From Octopus sinensis (Eukaryota), in the NCBI RefSeq assembly GCF_006345805.1, contig NC_043001.1, positions 97,836,001 to 97,900,000 of the forward strand: a stretch of DNA of 64,000 bases, given 5' to 3'. The translations under genes were made by a program, and so were the position numbers. The notes beneath the pieces are model-generated. The model had not been told where the DNA came from. It saw only the letters and a list, made by a program, of their open reading frames with translations, and ran no database searches. Below, piece after piece: positions 40,559-55,135 of this stretch. Each line of letters starts with the position of its first letter. Within the stretch, counting starts at the first letter, position 1.

Positions 40559-40588
40559 ATTGTATATATGTGTGCGTGTGTATGTATG

Positions 40589-40637
<49 letters not shown>

Positions 40638-40881
40638 ATATATTATATATATATAGTATATATATATATATATATACACAATATGTATATATCCTGAAAA
40701 TAGTTAATAATGTTTGCTCATTCCTTGCTTTTCAGCAGCGACAAAAGGGATCACGATGTGGTTTTAGAGACAATCTGACTTCTATTTCTACCATGTGGTG
40801 CTGTTATCAGTACACTTAATTTTTATTATTTCATATAATTACATGCCACACACACACCACACACACACATATATATATAAT

Positions 40882-40941
<60 letters not shown>

Positions 40942-40946
40942 ATATA

Positions 40947-40985
<39 letters not shown>

Positions 40986-41507
40986 CACATAATATATATA
41001 CTTATATATTCTCTGTTAACTAACAGTAATTTCCCACCTTTATTATTCCTATTCAACTTGCTATACATGAAAATTATAAAGTTCACGATTTTTGCATTAC
41101 CCTCCCAGCAGACTAACTGTCAGAGTAGTTCATTTCACAACCGTCAAGTTTCAATACTATATTTTTCTTGACATAATAGCTGTGAAAATTGCTGTTCCGG
41201 ATGCAACTACGCCTGGGACCTGTGAAGGTAAAAATCATCGATTTTTAATTTGTATCTTCATAGTATAAAACCATTTTTTTTTCATTGTTTACTTTTATCA
41301 ACCATTGGAACATCCTCTGAAAAGCTGTACTCTAGTGACTCGACCCTAGTTCTTCTGCTACGTATTCTATAGGACTCTTTTGTCGTTCGGAGTCTTTTGT
41401 CAGAAACCTATGATTCGGAGAAGTGAACAAACGAACATCAATTTTGTAACGGTTGTCGGACTCACAAACACTGACACACACAATATGAATGTATTTATGC
41501 ATGCATG

Positions 41508-41548
<41 letters not shown>

Positions 41549-41566
41549 CGTCTGTGTGTGTGTGTG

Positions 41567-41845
41567 TGTGGAGGCGAAATGGCCCAGTGGTTAGGGCAGC
41601 GGACTCTCGGTCGTAGGATCGCAGTGTCGTTTCCCAGGCCGGGCATTGTGAGTGTTTATTGAGCGAAAACACCTAAAGCTCCACGAGGCTCCGGCAGCGG
41701 GGGTAGCAATCCCTGCTGTACTTTTTCGCCACAACTTTCCCTCACTCTTTCTTCTGTTGCATCATTCGAAGGCTAAAACAATGCGAAGCGCATTGTGATC
41801 AGCGATGTGTAGCAACATCTGATAGCCTGGTCGGTCACGATGATA
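41567..41845 (+). mobile_element. SINE family B
   Basis: gtggaggcgaaatggcccagtggttagggcagcggactc...gagcgaaaacacctaaagctccacgagg. Confidence 0.88.
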
Positions 41846-43643
41846 TATATGTATGCAAGTAAGCATGTATGTATGTATTTATGTATATATTTTTTCATCT
41901 GTCAAATGGATATCTTCTACTTATGTGCAAAATGACATTATCGGATGCATACTTCGACAAGTTTGAAGATTCTATGTGATATTAGTGAGATTTCTATGCT
42001 TTTTGCTATCAGAAATTGTGACTGCATAGACATTTGGAACTTGAACAAAATTTAGTTATGAAGAGAACCAATAGTTTTTAAATGATACCCTAATAAGAAG
42101 AGAATAATAGTTTTCGTCACCGACAATTTTTACTCTAAATATTATTTGAAGTAAACCCTCAGTTATGCTGAACTTTAATACGTATTTCCCATTACAATTA
42201 CGCTCGAATTAAGCTACGAAAATATTCATAGAAAACGAAAACATTTCGTGGTACGATTTAAGGATATGCAATATGCATACCATATGCAGTTTGAATCTAC
42301 TGTGAGTATAATTGTGATAGTTCAATGAATACGATTAAAATATAGGGCGAGATTCAAATGCCACGAGAGAAACTTAGAGCAGCATGCATTGTTTAGATCT
42401 ATAATAATTTTATCTGTTCTTCCTTCTGTCTTCATAACTTCAGGCAATTTATCTTATTTCCATGGATTACAAATAATACAGTTTTTTTTTATTCATTTAT
42501 AAAATATATTCGGTACACATATAGAAATATGTTTTATCAAGATGATCAGATAATATGATTGAAAGAAAATTTAGTCTAAAATATAGATTTTGAATATTTT
42601 TGTTGGTTATCTGTAAAATGCTGTTTTTCCTTTTTACCGAATAGTATGAAACAAACATAGTTATTTCTTCTACATTGATATCATATAGGAAATTGAGTGT
42701 GTATATACACACGTATGTCTTCCGGCAGCAAGGATTGTTTAGTATGTGAATGATTGTTTAACATATGAATGAAATTAGTTTGTGAAAAGGAGGCAATGAG
42801 ATCTTAAAAATGAAATCACTTCAGTAAAAATTCTTTTAGGGTGTTGTTTTCAACTTTTCGACATTGGTGAAATTTGGTAACTTGTCTCAGAGACAATTCA
42901 TTCTATTTTAAAAGATTAGTTGAAAGAAGGGGAATAATGTATTCCTGTGTAGGAATTATCATAATTAGAGTGAATTTGCATTTCGAATATACCAACAGAA
43001 AATACCGAAAAGAATGTATTAAGTTACTCACAAACACAATCGTGAATTATGTCGGTAAAATCTACTAATGTAAGACATACGAACAATGGAGGCAAACATA
43101 TGAAGTGAATCATAGTTTTCTTATCATCATTAAGAATATGTTGAAGTACGTAATAGAAGATAACAAGCAAAATGTTAAGATTGTTATAACTCAGAGAGTG
43201 TGATTTTATGGAAAACGGCCACGGAGAAAATGATAATAAGGAGGAGGGGGTGGAAAAAGAGAATAAAAATGAAGATGATGATTGATGAGGTGGTAGAGAG
43301 GGAGGAGGATAACGATGGAGACGACGATGCCGAAGACAGTGGCAGCGTTGATGGCGGTGAAGGAGGAGAATTATAAGAAAGATGTTTATTTGTAATATAA
43401 AAATCAACGAATAGCTTGCTGTTCAGGATGTATTGGCTACACCGTCTATTCACAAGGTATGAGCATTGCTCGGTACCCGCTTAGAATGGCTAAGTATATT
43501 GCCCACCCGGACCACACCAATGCCACTTATCTGTTGACTTTAACATTTTAACACTGCCATTTCAATGAATGGTGGGAGCGTGTATCCAAGTGAATTGGTC
43601 AAGTGCTTCAACCAGAAATAGTATATATATATATATATATATA

Positions 43644-44467
43644 TATAAATTTATATATGAGGATAATATCGATATTTAAGTGTCGAAATCATCAAGTGGC
43701 CAGCATGAAAGAAATACCTTACAAAGGTAAAAAAAAATTTAACAATTAAAAATGAGGGTGTCTAAAAGACACCAACATGCCAAAATAGCAGTCGAAACAC
43801 TGACTATAGTACCACGTTAAATGTTCATATCGCACCATGAGGTAAAGCGGAGGGACAAAACATACAAGCAAAAATTATTGAATAATTCAAGATCCAAGGA
43901 TTTCTGGTTCTGCTTTAGATAAGCTTTACCGTCATCAATTGAATATATCAAGGGTACATAAATACAGATATATATATGCACAGCAAACGATATACTTACA
44001 TATACGAGCGTCGTACATACATACATATGCACGTATGGACACAGCCAGTCTGAATCGCCCGCCAAATCACCGCATAAGTACGATATGGTTAAAATAAGCA
44101 CCGCAGTGAATATAATAACGAATTATATAAATTCATATATGAGGATAATATCGATATTTAAGTGTCGAAATCATCAAGTGGCCAGCATGAAAGAAATACC
44201 TTACAAAGGTAAAAAGATTTTTAACAATTAAAAATGAGCGTGTCTAAAAGACACCAACATGCCGAAATAGCAGTCGAAACACTGACTATAGTACCACGTT
44301 AAATGTTCCTATCGCACCATGAGGTAAAGCGGAGGGTGCGATATGAACATTTAACGTGGTACTATAGTCAGTGTTTCGACTGCTATTTCGGCATGTTGGT
44401 GTCTTTTAGACACCCTCATTTTTAATTATATATATATATATATATATGTATGTATATATATATATAT

Positions 44468-44501
<34 letters not shown>

Positions 44502-44888
44502 ATATATAAATTTATATAATTCGTTATTATATTCACTGCGGTGCTTATTTTAACCATATCGTACTTATGCGGTGATTTGGCGGGCGATTCAGACTGGCTG
44601 TGTCCATACGTGCATATGTATGTATGTACGACGCTCGTATATGTAAGTATATTGTTTGCTGTGCATATATATATCTGTATTTATGTACCCTGATATATTC
44701 AATTGATGACGGTAAAGCTTATCTAAAGCAGAACCAGAATCCTTGGATCTTGAATTATTCAATAATTTTTGCTTGTATGTTTTGTCCCTCCGCTTTACCT
44801 CATGGTGCGATATGAACATTTAACGTGGTACTATAGTCAGTGTTTCGACTGCTATTTCGGCATGTTGGTGTCTTTTAGACACCCTCAT

Positions 44889-44896
<8 letters not shown>
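43644..44896. mobile_element. ~482-bp unit in partial tandem plus inverted copies (PLE pseudo-LTR / retrozyme-like)
   Basis: Unit 43644-44125; partial repeat 44126-44336; inverted piece 44337-44427; inverted copy ~44505-44896; (TA)n at the junctions. Confidence 0.85.
43885..43944 (-). ncRNA. Type I hammerhead variant (U3; C10.1/A11.1 mismatch)
   Basis: attcaa-TTGATGA-cggt..gctt[atcta]aagc..acca-GAAA-tccttgga-TC-ttgaat; 6-bp helix I, AUC site. The plus copy at 44697-44755 lacks one A of GAAA. Confidence 0.55.
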
Positions 44897-44965
<69 letters not shown>

Positions 44966-45719
44966 ATATATATATATATATGTAAATCGCAGGAAAGAGG
45001 AAAATATATAATGACAACGAAATTATGGTCCGTTATATCCAGCCAGGATGTTCGACCAGTACTAAGAACAACAATTAACTCCAAATCCTTGAGATTCATA
45101 CACCTCAATGCCAATATATAATTCCTTCTTCACTGCGACATATTTTTATGTTCCATGTGTTGGTGCAATATTCTTATAGAGACTACTTATATTTCTATTG
45201 AAGTGGTGATTCTGCCAGGACCAATTTAGATAACATGTTTATAGAATATTTTCCGTGGTAACATACCTATTTCATTTGTAAGGAACCTTTACATGTTTAG
45301 AAGATCCTTCCATAAATTCTTGCCTTGGTTTTCTATTTTACTATCATTTTACTTGAGGGTTTTTTTTTCTCTCGTGCTGTTTATTTTCTTTCTATCACTA
45401 AATAAGGTTAGATTTTTTTTCCAATTTGTTTAATGTTTTTGTCGCACGGTTCCTCTCAATTTCTGACTATAAGGAGCAAACCCGATTTTCGTGAATCTTC
45501 TTGAAAACTCAAAGCATTTCTTCTACAAACATCAGTTCAATCTGATTCATTCAATCTGTTGGCTTTCTCATGGTTTGCTGCCAAAGAAAGAATTCCTAGA
45601 AGGTGAATGAGATGCATATAAATATATATAGCTTAATGTTTAAGGAATGTTCATCGATATTATACTTCCTTTCATATTTGTTTTATTTTCTATGAAATAT
45701 CTGTCACATTGTGACTCTT

Positions 45720-46180
45720 TTACTCTTTTAGTTGTTTCAGTCGTTTGAATGTGGCCATGCTGAAGCACCGCCTTTAGTCGAGCTAATCGACCCCAGGACT
45801 TATTCTTTGGAAGCCCAGTACTTATTTTATTGCTCTGATTTGCCGAACCGCTATGTTACGGGGAGGTAAACACACTAGCATTGGTTGTCAAGTGATGTTA
45901 TGGGGACAAACACAGACACACAAACACACACACACACACATACACACACATACACACACACACACCACACACACACACACACACACCACACACACACACA
46001 CATATATATACATATATACGACGGGCTTCTTTCAGTTTTCATCTACCAAATCCGCTCACAAGGCTTTTGTCGGCCCGAGGCTATAGTAGAAGACACTTGC
46101 CCAAGGTGCCACGCAGTGAAACTGAATCCGGAACAATGTGGTTTGTAAGCAAGCAACTTACCACACAGCCACTCCTATTC
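45720..46180 (-). mobile_element. SINE family C
   Basis: Full-length match. Confidence 0.9.
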
Positions 46181-46474
46181 CTTTCTATTCTGTCTAGTTT
46201 TAGGTTACAGGTAGTAAGGTATATATTGTTCTGTAGTCGTATATTCACATATATATATATATATATTCTTCTATAAGGGTAGTTTCTATGATTTCTTCTA
46301 AAGATTTTACGAATTTATTTCTTTTTTAATTTGCTGTAATAGTCCTGGTAGTATTTGCTATATTTACTCTACCTTTTTAGGGATCTTCTACTGCATGTGT
46401 TCTTGTATATGAAAAGCTAATTTCCTTTGTTTTTAAGTTTAAGAATATACCTTAGTTAAACATTTTCTTAGAGC

Positions 46475-46885
46475 GGCGAGTTGGCAGAATCGTTAACACG
46501 CTGGGCGAAATGCTTAGCGGTATTTCATCTGCTGCTACGTTCTGAGTTCAAATTCCGCCGAGGTCAACTTTGCTTTTCATCTTTTCGGGGTCGATTATAT
46601 AATTACCAGTAACGGACTGGGGTCGATATAATCGACTTGACCCGTTTATCTCTCCTTGTTTGTCCTCTCTGTGTTTAGCCCCGTGTGGGTAGTAAACAAA
46701 TAGGTATGTCGTCTGCTCTTCTGTTCTGAGTTCAAATTCTGCCGAGGTCGACTTTGCCTTTCATCTCCTTCGGAGGTCGATTCAGTACCAGTTACGCACT
46801 GGAGTCGATATAATCGACTTAGACCCTTTGTCTGTCCTTGTTTGTCCCATCTATGTTTAGCCCTCTGTGGGCAATAAGGAAATAA
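46475..46885 (+). mobile_element. Nin-SINE dimer
   Basis: Family consensus, junction aaataggtatgtc. Confidence 0.9.
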
Positions 46886-47229
46886 AATAATATTTAAGTG
46901 GTCGCTTCCATTGTAATACTTCCTATATTTAGTTTTTATGTGTCATCAGTTGTTTCATCTTATCATCAGTGTTTAATCTTTCTCATTTCACATACTCTGT
47001 GGTTTTTAAGCAAGCTATTTACCACACAGCCCTTCCTATGCCCATGTTTAACTTTCTGAAGGATCTCATTCTTGTTCAATATTAAACCATTTGTATATTT
47101 GCCTGTGTGTTTACAATGATGTTTCCATTTTCATGCTGTCAGTTACATACTGCATATGTCTCTTTTTATGACGCACGTCTTTGTTGATCACATCGGTGAT
47201 GGCTAAGAGGATTGAGTGTAAGCAAAATT

Positions 47230-47545
47230 GTCAGCACGCCGCTGAAAATGCTTAACATTATTTTGTCCACTCCAGTTCTGAGTTCAAATTCCACCGAGAT
47301 TTACAGGGCGATGAAGTAAGTACCCGTTAAGCTGTAGGGTCAGTGTAATCGATTGTCGTGCTTCCACCAAAATTTTAGTGCTGGCATTTGGTCCGCCTTT
47401 GCGGTCTAAGTTCAAATATCGTCCCGTTCGACTTTGCCTTTGATTCTTTCGGAATCGATAAAATAAAGACCGCTTGGACACTGAAATCGATGTAATCGAC
47501 TTACACCTTCTTATACACCTATTCCAGAAATTGCTGGCCTGGTGC
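47230..47545 (+). mobile_element. Degenerate Nin-SINE units
   Basis: ttagcacgccgctgaaaatgctta..gagttcaaattcc; gactttgcctttgattctttcggaatcgataa. Confidence 0.65.
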
Positions 47546-47627
47546 CAAAATATGAAACCATTACCAAGATCATCGTAGTAATCGTCACTCTAATTATTAT
47601 GAGGAATTACGAACACTGAATATTCAC

Positions 47628-47798
47628 TGCTTTTGTGACAACAGGACTTGCTTAGGCACCGTAACTCTTTGTATATCGCTTGCAGAGAGTTCACTGCTCT
47701 TTCCAACAGCCAAATGTCTACCATTAACAAAGCCAAAGAAGGACAAAATGACGTGATCTTGTAGTCCTGGCGGCGGCAACAGTGGTGATTGTCTCTCG
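47628..47798 (-). CDS. Candidate 171-nt phase-2/2 exon, product unknown
   Basis: Acceptor ctcttgcttaaatctctAG, donor GTGAAT; ERQSPLLPPPGLQDHVILSFFGFVNGRHLAVGKSSELSASDIQRVTVPKQVLLSQK. Confidence 0.25.
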
Positions 47799-48084
47799 CT
47801 AGAGATTTAAGCAAGAGTACTTATATTCGCTACAAAAGCATACGACAGGTTCTTTCTTAGTAAGCATTGCAGCACTGTGTTCAAACATAACAATTATTAA
47901 CTTTTTAGTACTCTTTATATAGAGACCTTATATACATGTATGTGTAAGTGTGTGTATATACATACGCACAAACACGTATATACGTATGCATGTACGTGTG
48001 TGTGTGTGTATATATATATAAATATATGTGTGAGTGTGTGTGTGTATAAATATGTAAATATACAGAGAGAGAGGGGTAGTTAGA

Positions 48085-48205
48085 TAAGTAGGTAGGTAAA
48101 CAGGTAGCTATGTAGGTGGGAAAATAGGTAAGCAGGTAGGTAGGTAGGTAGGTAGGTAGGTAGGTAGGTAGGTAGGTAGGTAGGTAGATAGGTAGGTAGG
48201 TAGGT
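48085..48205. repeat. (TAGG)n tetranucleotide repeat
   Basis: Direct reading. Confidence 0.92.
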
Positions 48206-49358
48206 ACGTACGTACGTAAGTCTATCTGTGTGAGTAGATAGACAGATCAATAGATAGATAAAACTATATAAAGTAAAGTTTTTTCTTGCTTTTCATAAAA
48301 TATTTTCCCTAGAAAATGCATTGATAAAACTGGCTGACATGTAATTCAAAATATTACGAATTAATGTTGTTACACAAAAGTGGAATTATCACATCAATCC
48401 ATTTCATTAGATACGGAGTGAGAATATCTTTATCTTTTCAGCATAACGCGTTTTCTAGATTTCTACTAATGTAATTTTATAACTATATTGCTTCACACCT
48501 ATATTGCAATTTCTTACCTAAAGAAGGAAAGACAACTATCTCTCTCACTTTCTTTCTCTCCCTCTCTCTTTCTCCCTCTCTCTCTTTACCTGGTATATAT
48601 TTCCTTACAGTTTTGCATGCGCCATATATACGCATGTGTATATGTTGTTATAAGACACACGCACACGCGCGCAACACGCACGCACACGTACACACAAACA
48701 CGCACGCAAACGAACACATGATTACAGTGTACTGTTACATTATATTTCGGATTCAATAAACGCATTATTTAAATAATATAAAACTATAAAATTTTATATC
48801 TCTAAAATTGGAATGACTGGACCATTTATGTTGCGTGCCGTGTATTTGCAGAGTAATGTAACTAAAAGCTAAAAGTATCTTCTGTTAATACATCATGTGT
48901 GCGCAACTATATGCGTGTGTGCATTTACACATAAGTTCTGAATACCCAAATTGCGCAGTCAGTTATGTTCTAACATGAAATTAGTTACCCGATAATAAGA
49001 ATTCAAATAAAGTAGCCCCGAAAATGGATTTAATACGTTCCCAGAATATATAGAACATGGAAGGAAATACTAATAAGATATGTATTCCAAAATCGTGAAG
49101 CATGTTACGTAATATCAGGCTAATCAGATATGAGATATTAACAATTCGAAGTAAATAACCCTGAAAAGGGCTTTTGTGTGCTTGTGGTGCTATATTGGTG
49201 AATAAGTCAATAAACAAAATAACTGCATCGATTGTTTAGGAAAATACTATTTACTTGTTTAAGGGTTCTACGGGATAAATTGCGAAAATAACTCTACCAG
49301 TTCAAATACTAAGAAATAAGCATGCTCAATTTCATCTTTACCAAATAATTTAGGAAAA

Positions 49359-49538
49359 TGAATGGGTTATTTCCATTGGCTATTTATGAGGATCCCTTCC
49401 TGGGGTGAATGGATTATTTCCCTTGGCTTTTAAAATAACATAAATTAGATATATATAAGGACATCTTCCATAGGTGAATGGGTTATTTCCCTTGGTTTTT
49501 AAAATAAAATATATTGATTTATATAAGGATCCCTTCCA
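49359..49538. repeat. Three imperfect tandem units (periods 47 and 69 bp)
   Basis: tgaatgggttatttcc(a/c)ttgg starts at 49359, 49406 and 49475; each unit ends in an aggatcccttcc-like motif. Confidence 0.8.
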
Positions 49539-49804
49539 GAGGCCCTATTATCGAACTTTTTCAAATGTCTGAGTATACCATGAGGTTTTCAGACATGATT
49601 TCTACTCACGTGTTAAGTTTCATCAAAATCGATAAAATGGTGTTGGAGGATTAGCTAACAACGCCACAAATACACCCAGAGACAGCATTTCCCACATATG
49701 TAGTAGACACATAAACACACACACACATATATATATACAGGCGCAATCACACACAATCAAACACATGCACGCACACACCACAGATATATATATATATATA
49801 TATA

Positions 49805-49846
<42 letters not shown>

Positions 49847-50368
49847 TATTTATGTAAGTACGTATAACGCATATTAGATAAATGGATAAATACATATATG
49901 TGACAGGTAAACTGAAAGAAGTATATAAATACTAAGAAATGAAAGTAGAGTTTAAGGAGGAGTACGTCAGTGTGAAATAGAGGTGTTGTCCACGCTAAAT
50001 ACTTTATTATGCGTATTTGTGTGTGTGGAGGGGTGTGTATGTGAATAATTGTGAGTGTGTGTGTGTCTGTGTGTCTGTGAGTGTATGTGTGTGTCTGTGC
50101 ATACGTGTGTATGTATGTGTATGTCTGTGTGTATTTTACAGTGTAACCGGTATTCGAATTCACTTCAAGAACAGTAAAGCTATTTGTAGATATTTGGCAG
50201 TCACCTGTTTCCTCTCGGCAAAGATATGAACATTCAGAAAGTAGACCAACTATTTCAATAAATATTTCACAACATTGCTGAAAATAAATCAACCAAATTA
50301 TCCGTAACTCTACACCAATACACAGACAGATATTCTCATAGAAGTTATGTTATATGTATGTGCGTATC

Positions 50369-50730
<362 letters not shown>

Positions 50731-51815
50731 TGGGTATACACCTACACCCAATACTTCTCTATCCCTAACTCCTGTCTCCCCTATCCAACCAAACTCTCTA
50801 ATTCTTGCCACCTCTATTCCACCTCGAAAACACACGCTACTCCCTCCAACAAACAGTAATCCACATGCACACAAAAATTCCGGAGCAGAGACGATATACA
50901 AACATGCAACACGTATAAACACATACTAATTTAGCATATGCAATACCCATGCACACTATAGGGTCACACACACACATACAAACACAAGTGCACATACCAC
51001 TCGAACAAGCACTCATCAACTGGTACATACAAACGTTTGCACATACACACACACGATTGTCTAACACACATATACACATATCGATATGCACATACATACA
51101 AATACACTTGCTCAAGATAACACGCAATTTGAATAAAGCCGGAACCTTGTGGTTAGGAAACAAACTTCTTACTATTCAATCACGTATGAAATAGTCCTAC
51201 AATAGAACGGACTCATAGAAATGAACGCATCAAACCTGATAATTTCAGATTGATTATACATAAACATGTCCCTGAAATCTCCCGCTTTATATTTTCCTCC
51301 TTATTTTTGACAATTGATCCAAAAAACAAAATCTGTTTTATAGAGCTCAACAACAAAAATATTTCATATATCCGTTCATACAATAAGGGTGTTTCCTCTC
51401 TTCATTCTTTACTTTTAATATGAAGTTTCATGGAGGTTTGCCAGAACGGATGCAACTGAATTCCATAGTAGACTTCGAAAAACAATTCATTGTAATAGAT
51501 TAATTCATTTGTGATTGTTTCTTTACTGTTTTTTTTTTGGGGGGGGGTGTATAAATGTTTGTTATACGAAAGGTGCGTATTGCTTAAAGACAGAATGTCT
51601 TTATTCGTAGTGTTGCTTTATCAGGGTTGATCTGAGGCTAAATAACAACAAATTTTTGTTGTATTGGTGTGATACCAGTGTAGTAGTGGATTTCAACATT
51701 AGTGGTCTATGTATATCACTATAGCATGGTAGTATATGTATATATATAATTATATGTTAAGATCCAAGGATCCAGGAGTAGAAAGTTATAAGCTTCAAGC
51801 AGCCCAACTCTCAAG

Positions 51816-51867
<52 letters not shown>

Positions 51868-53705
51868 TTAATAATGACTGCGCCCGTATTAATACCTAGA
51901 CGGAGTTGCATGTTAATTAACGTATTTTTAGAATGTTAATGATTCTTCGTATAAAATTTTGGCGGGAATATGCTGTCAACTTCGATGTTGAACACAATCA
52001 CTTTTTAAATGTAGACTGTAAATATTGTGCAACCACTTGTGGATTTCACACAAACGCCATTTCCAACATTAACATATTTCCAGATCCAAATCAGCGTGAC
52101 GGTAAGAAGCAATGCTGGCTGGACTCTAGATTTACCAATGCAATGAAGTGTGTAAGAATATGTGCGTGTGTGTGTAAGTGTGTGTGTGTGTATGTGATTG
52201 TATGAGCTTGTGTGTGTATACATATTGAGACAGACAGACAGACGGACGTATACTGTTATTTTATTTATGTAACCCCGAAAAGTTGAAAAGCAAAAGGCGG
52301 TGCTCCAGCATGACCGCAGTCAAATGACTGAAACAAATAAAAGTAAAAGTAAAGCAAATTTTACCACTTTGCACTTAGAATTTATGTCACAAAGAATTCA
52401 AAATTATACGTGGAGTTAGTTAATCCAACGCTCTAATGCTGCTGCTAATTCACAGAGTAGGAGTTAACGCTATACTCATTCTTTGACACATTTTTCTAGT
52501 TCCAGACACCAATTGCTCTGTTCTTATGTTTCGTACTTAACGATATAAATAATGTTGATAAGAATATCTAAATGCTATTGAATATAAAACCAAACTACGT
52601 TTTGGAGAGCGCTTTAGTAAAAGATATGTTATTTCTTAGTCTTGACTTTGTATAATATTTACGTCACTTTTTGGCACTTTAATCTTATTTATATTTGCGA
52701 TTTAGTAGCCACGGGTCATCGCTGTATAAGATGTCAGGCATGCAGATTGTGATACGTCTAAAAATTGCATTTGTATAGCGGAATGCTATATATCTTGTTA
52801 GCTATTGTTCAAATCTTCAGATCAATCTTGAATGAGAACGCCTTTGATCAAGAGCGTTCCATGTTTTTACTGACTACATTGTAGAGTCGACATCTTATGT
52901 TTTAGCATGTAGAGGTTGATTTATAGGGGATTTAATTTCAGCTTCTGAATTCTGGTGTTATGAGACAATTGAAATATGGTCGCCCATGAAAAACATATTA
53001 ATATCTGTATACGTCAGAGTGTTGATCTGAACTTTTCTAGTAAAGCTTAAAAGTCATGAGCTTCGCATGGATACTTAAGTCGTAATCAATACAGATGTTT
53101 ATTTACTTATTTTTAAATTTTATTTTGATAAGGAGATATTTGTCTTCTTCATAGCAACGAGATATATAGCGTGGTCTTTGAATTTCTCACTTGCAACAAG
53201 TGTCAAGTCCACGAATGCATATGTATCAATCGCATTCGTGTTACCATCTGCAAGTATATGTGCTCTTGTATGCGTATGTAGATGCGTATATTAAACTATA
53301 AGGAACAATGGCTGGGAAAGAAGGACTTAGATTAATAGGAGATGAGATAGAAAAAGAAAGATTAGCGGAACAAAAGAGAAAAGGTGAAAGATTAATGAAA
53401 GGTAAGAGAGAAATTGATTCAAGCTGAGTGTTTCAATGCAATTAAATAATAATGTTACTCAAAAATATTTAGCAAGAAATTTCCACATGAAATCAAAATA
53501 TAAATCTGCATAGATAAGAAAAATCACAATGAATAAAAGACAAAATAGTTTTGATAATTGTATATGTGTATGTATTAGCCTCTATCTTTATTCGGGAATC
53601 ATCGATACCATTTTTGTAGATGTTTAATGCGTTGTTAGATGGATAGTATATACATATAAATATACATATACATATACAATACATACATTTACACACACAC
53701 ACACC

Positions 53706-53749
<44 letters not shown>

Positions 53750-53750
53750 C

Positions 53751-53781
<31 letters not shown>

Positions 53782-54221
53782 ATATGTATATATATAAACA
53801 AATAGATTGAAAAAAACTACAGAAACATTATTCTATTATATAGTTAAAGCATATATTTAAATATTCATGATAGGAAAAGTTATAAAATGTTGTGTATAGT
53901 GACATTGTTGTTGGAGAAATAGACCGGTTTCGTATTTTCTCTTCAAATTTCTCAAATTTCTTTACTGAAGTTGTGTCATCTCTTCACCATGGTGTGATGT
54001 AGGAGAGTTCCAAATTAGGGAAGGTAATCAGGGCTTTTTTCGGTATAAGGGAGATAATCAAAAATGTTGGGAAAGATGTTTTATTAATTTAACGATTTGG
54101 TTTTGATAGAAATAAAACGTTAGAATAGTTAAGTTTTGCTTTATTTTTTTTCAACGAGGTAAGTTTCTTAATTTAAAAATGCTAGAAATGGTAAATTTTT
54201 GGCTTATACTTTTCAATGATG

Positions 54222-54259
<38 letters not shown>

Positions 54260-54264
54260 ATATA

Positions 54265-54517
54265 TATATAGAAACTAGTAAAAAGTGAAAAAACTACAGG
54301 GCTTAAATGTTAAAAAATATATATTTGCGTCAATATGTCTGAAGAATATAAAAAAATTTTTCTCTTATAATGACATAGTTTTGAAGAAATTTCTTCAAAA
54401 CTATGTCATTATAAGAGAAAAATTTTTTTAATATTCTTCAGACATATTGACGCAAATATATATTTTTTAACATTTAAGCCTTCTGTAGTTTTTTCACTTT
54501 TTACTATTTTCTATATA
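54265..54517. repeat. ~250-bp spacer-less palindrome
   Basis: Centre gaagaaa|tttcttc at 54389/54390; ~125-bp arms with few mismatches. Confidence 0.92.
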
Positions 54518-54594
54518 TTCAACCACGTGCTTTCACAAACTAACTTTCTTATCTATATATATATATATATATATATGAATGAATATCATGTGAT

Positions 54595-54880
54595 CACGTG
54601 ACCGACCACACCATCAGATGTTGCCACACATCGCTGGTCACATGCGTTCGCATTGCTTTAGCCTTCGAATCACGCCACTCCGCTGGCTAAGCGAACAGGC
54701 CAACACACGAAAGAGTGAGAGAAAGAGTGGTGAAAGAGTACAGCAGGGATCATCACCCCCTGCCGGAGCCTCGTAGAGCTTTTAGGGGTTTTCGCTCAAT
54801 AAACATTCACAACACATGGTCTGGGAATCGAAACCGTGATCCTACGACCGTGAGTCCGCTGCCCTAACCACTGGGCCATT
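54595..54880 (-). mobile_element. SINE family B
   Basis: Ends ...ctaaccactgggccattgcgcctccac; body matches the 41.6 kb copy. Confidence 0.9.
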
Positions 54881-54939
54881 GCGCCTCCACACACACATAC
54901 ACACACAACACGCACCACACATACACACACACACACACA

Positions 54940-55072
54940 CAATATATATATATATATATATATATATTATTATATATACATAATATACATATATATATAT
55001 ATACATATATATATTATATGTATATATATATATATATTATATATATATATATCTATATATATATATATATAT

Positions 55073-55121
<49 letters not shown>

Positions 55122-55135
55122 ATATATATATATCA
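54940..55135. repeat. (TA)n microsatellite
   Basis: Direct reading. Confidence 0.95.

Noticed and set aside
41345-41410. Minus CTGACAA..gactc/gagtc..GAAT-acgta motif
   Set aside because: Two core changes and no helix I
43427-43456. 30-nt plus-strand AG..GTATGA micro-exon (also 27.18-27.25 kb)
   Set aside because: Splice-like pairs of this size are expected by chance in 64 kb; no supporting homology
46943-46972. Minus CTGATGA-taagat-GAAA hit
   Set aside because: No helix II or cleavage triplet
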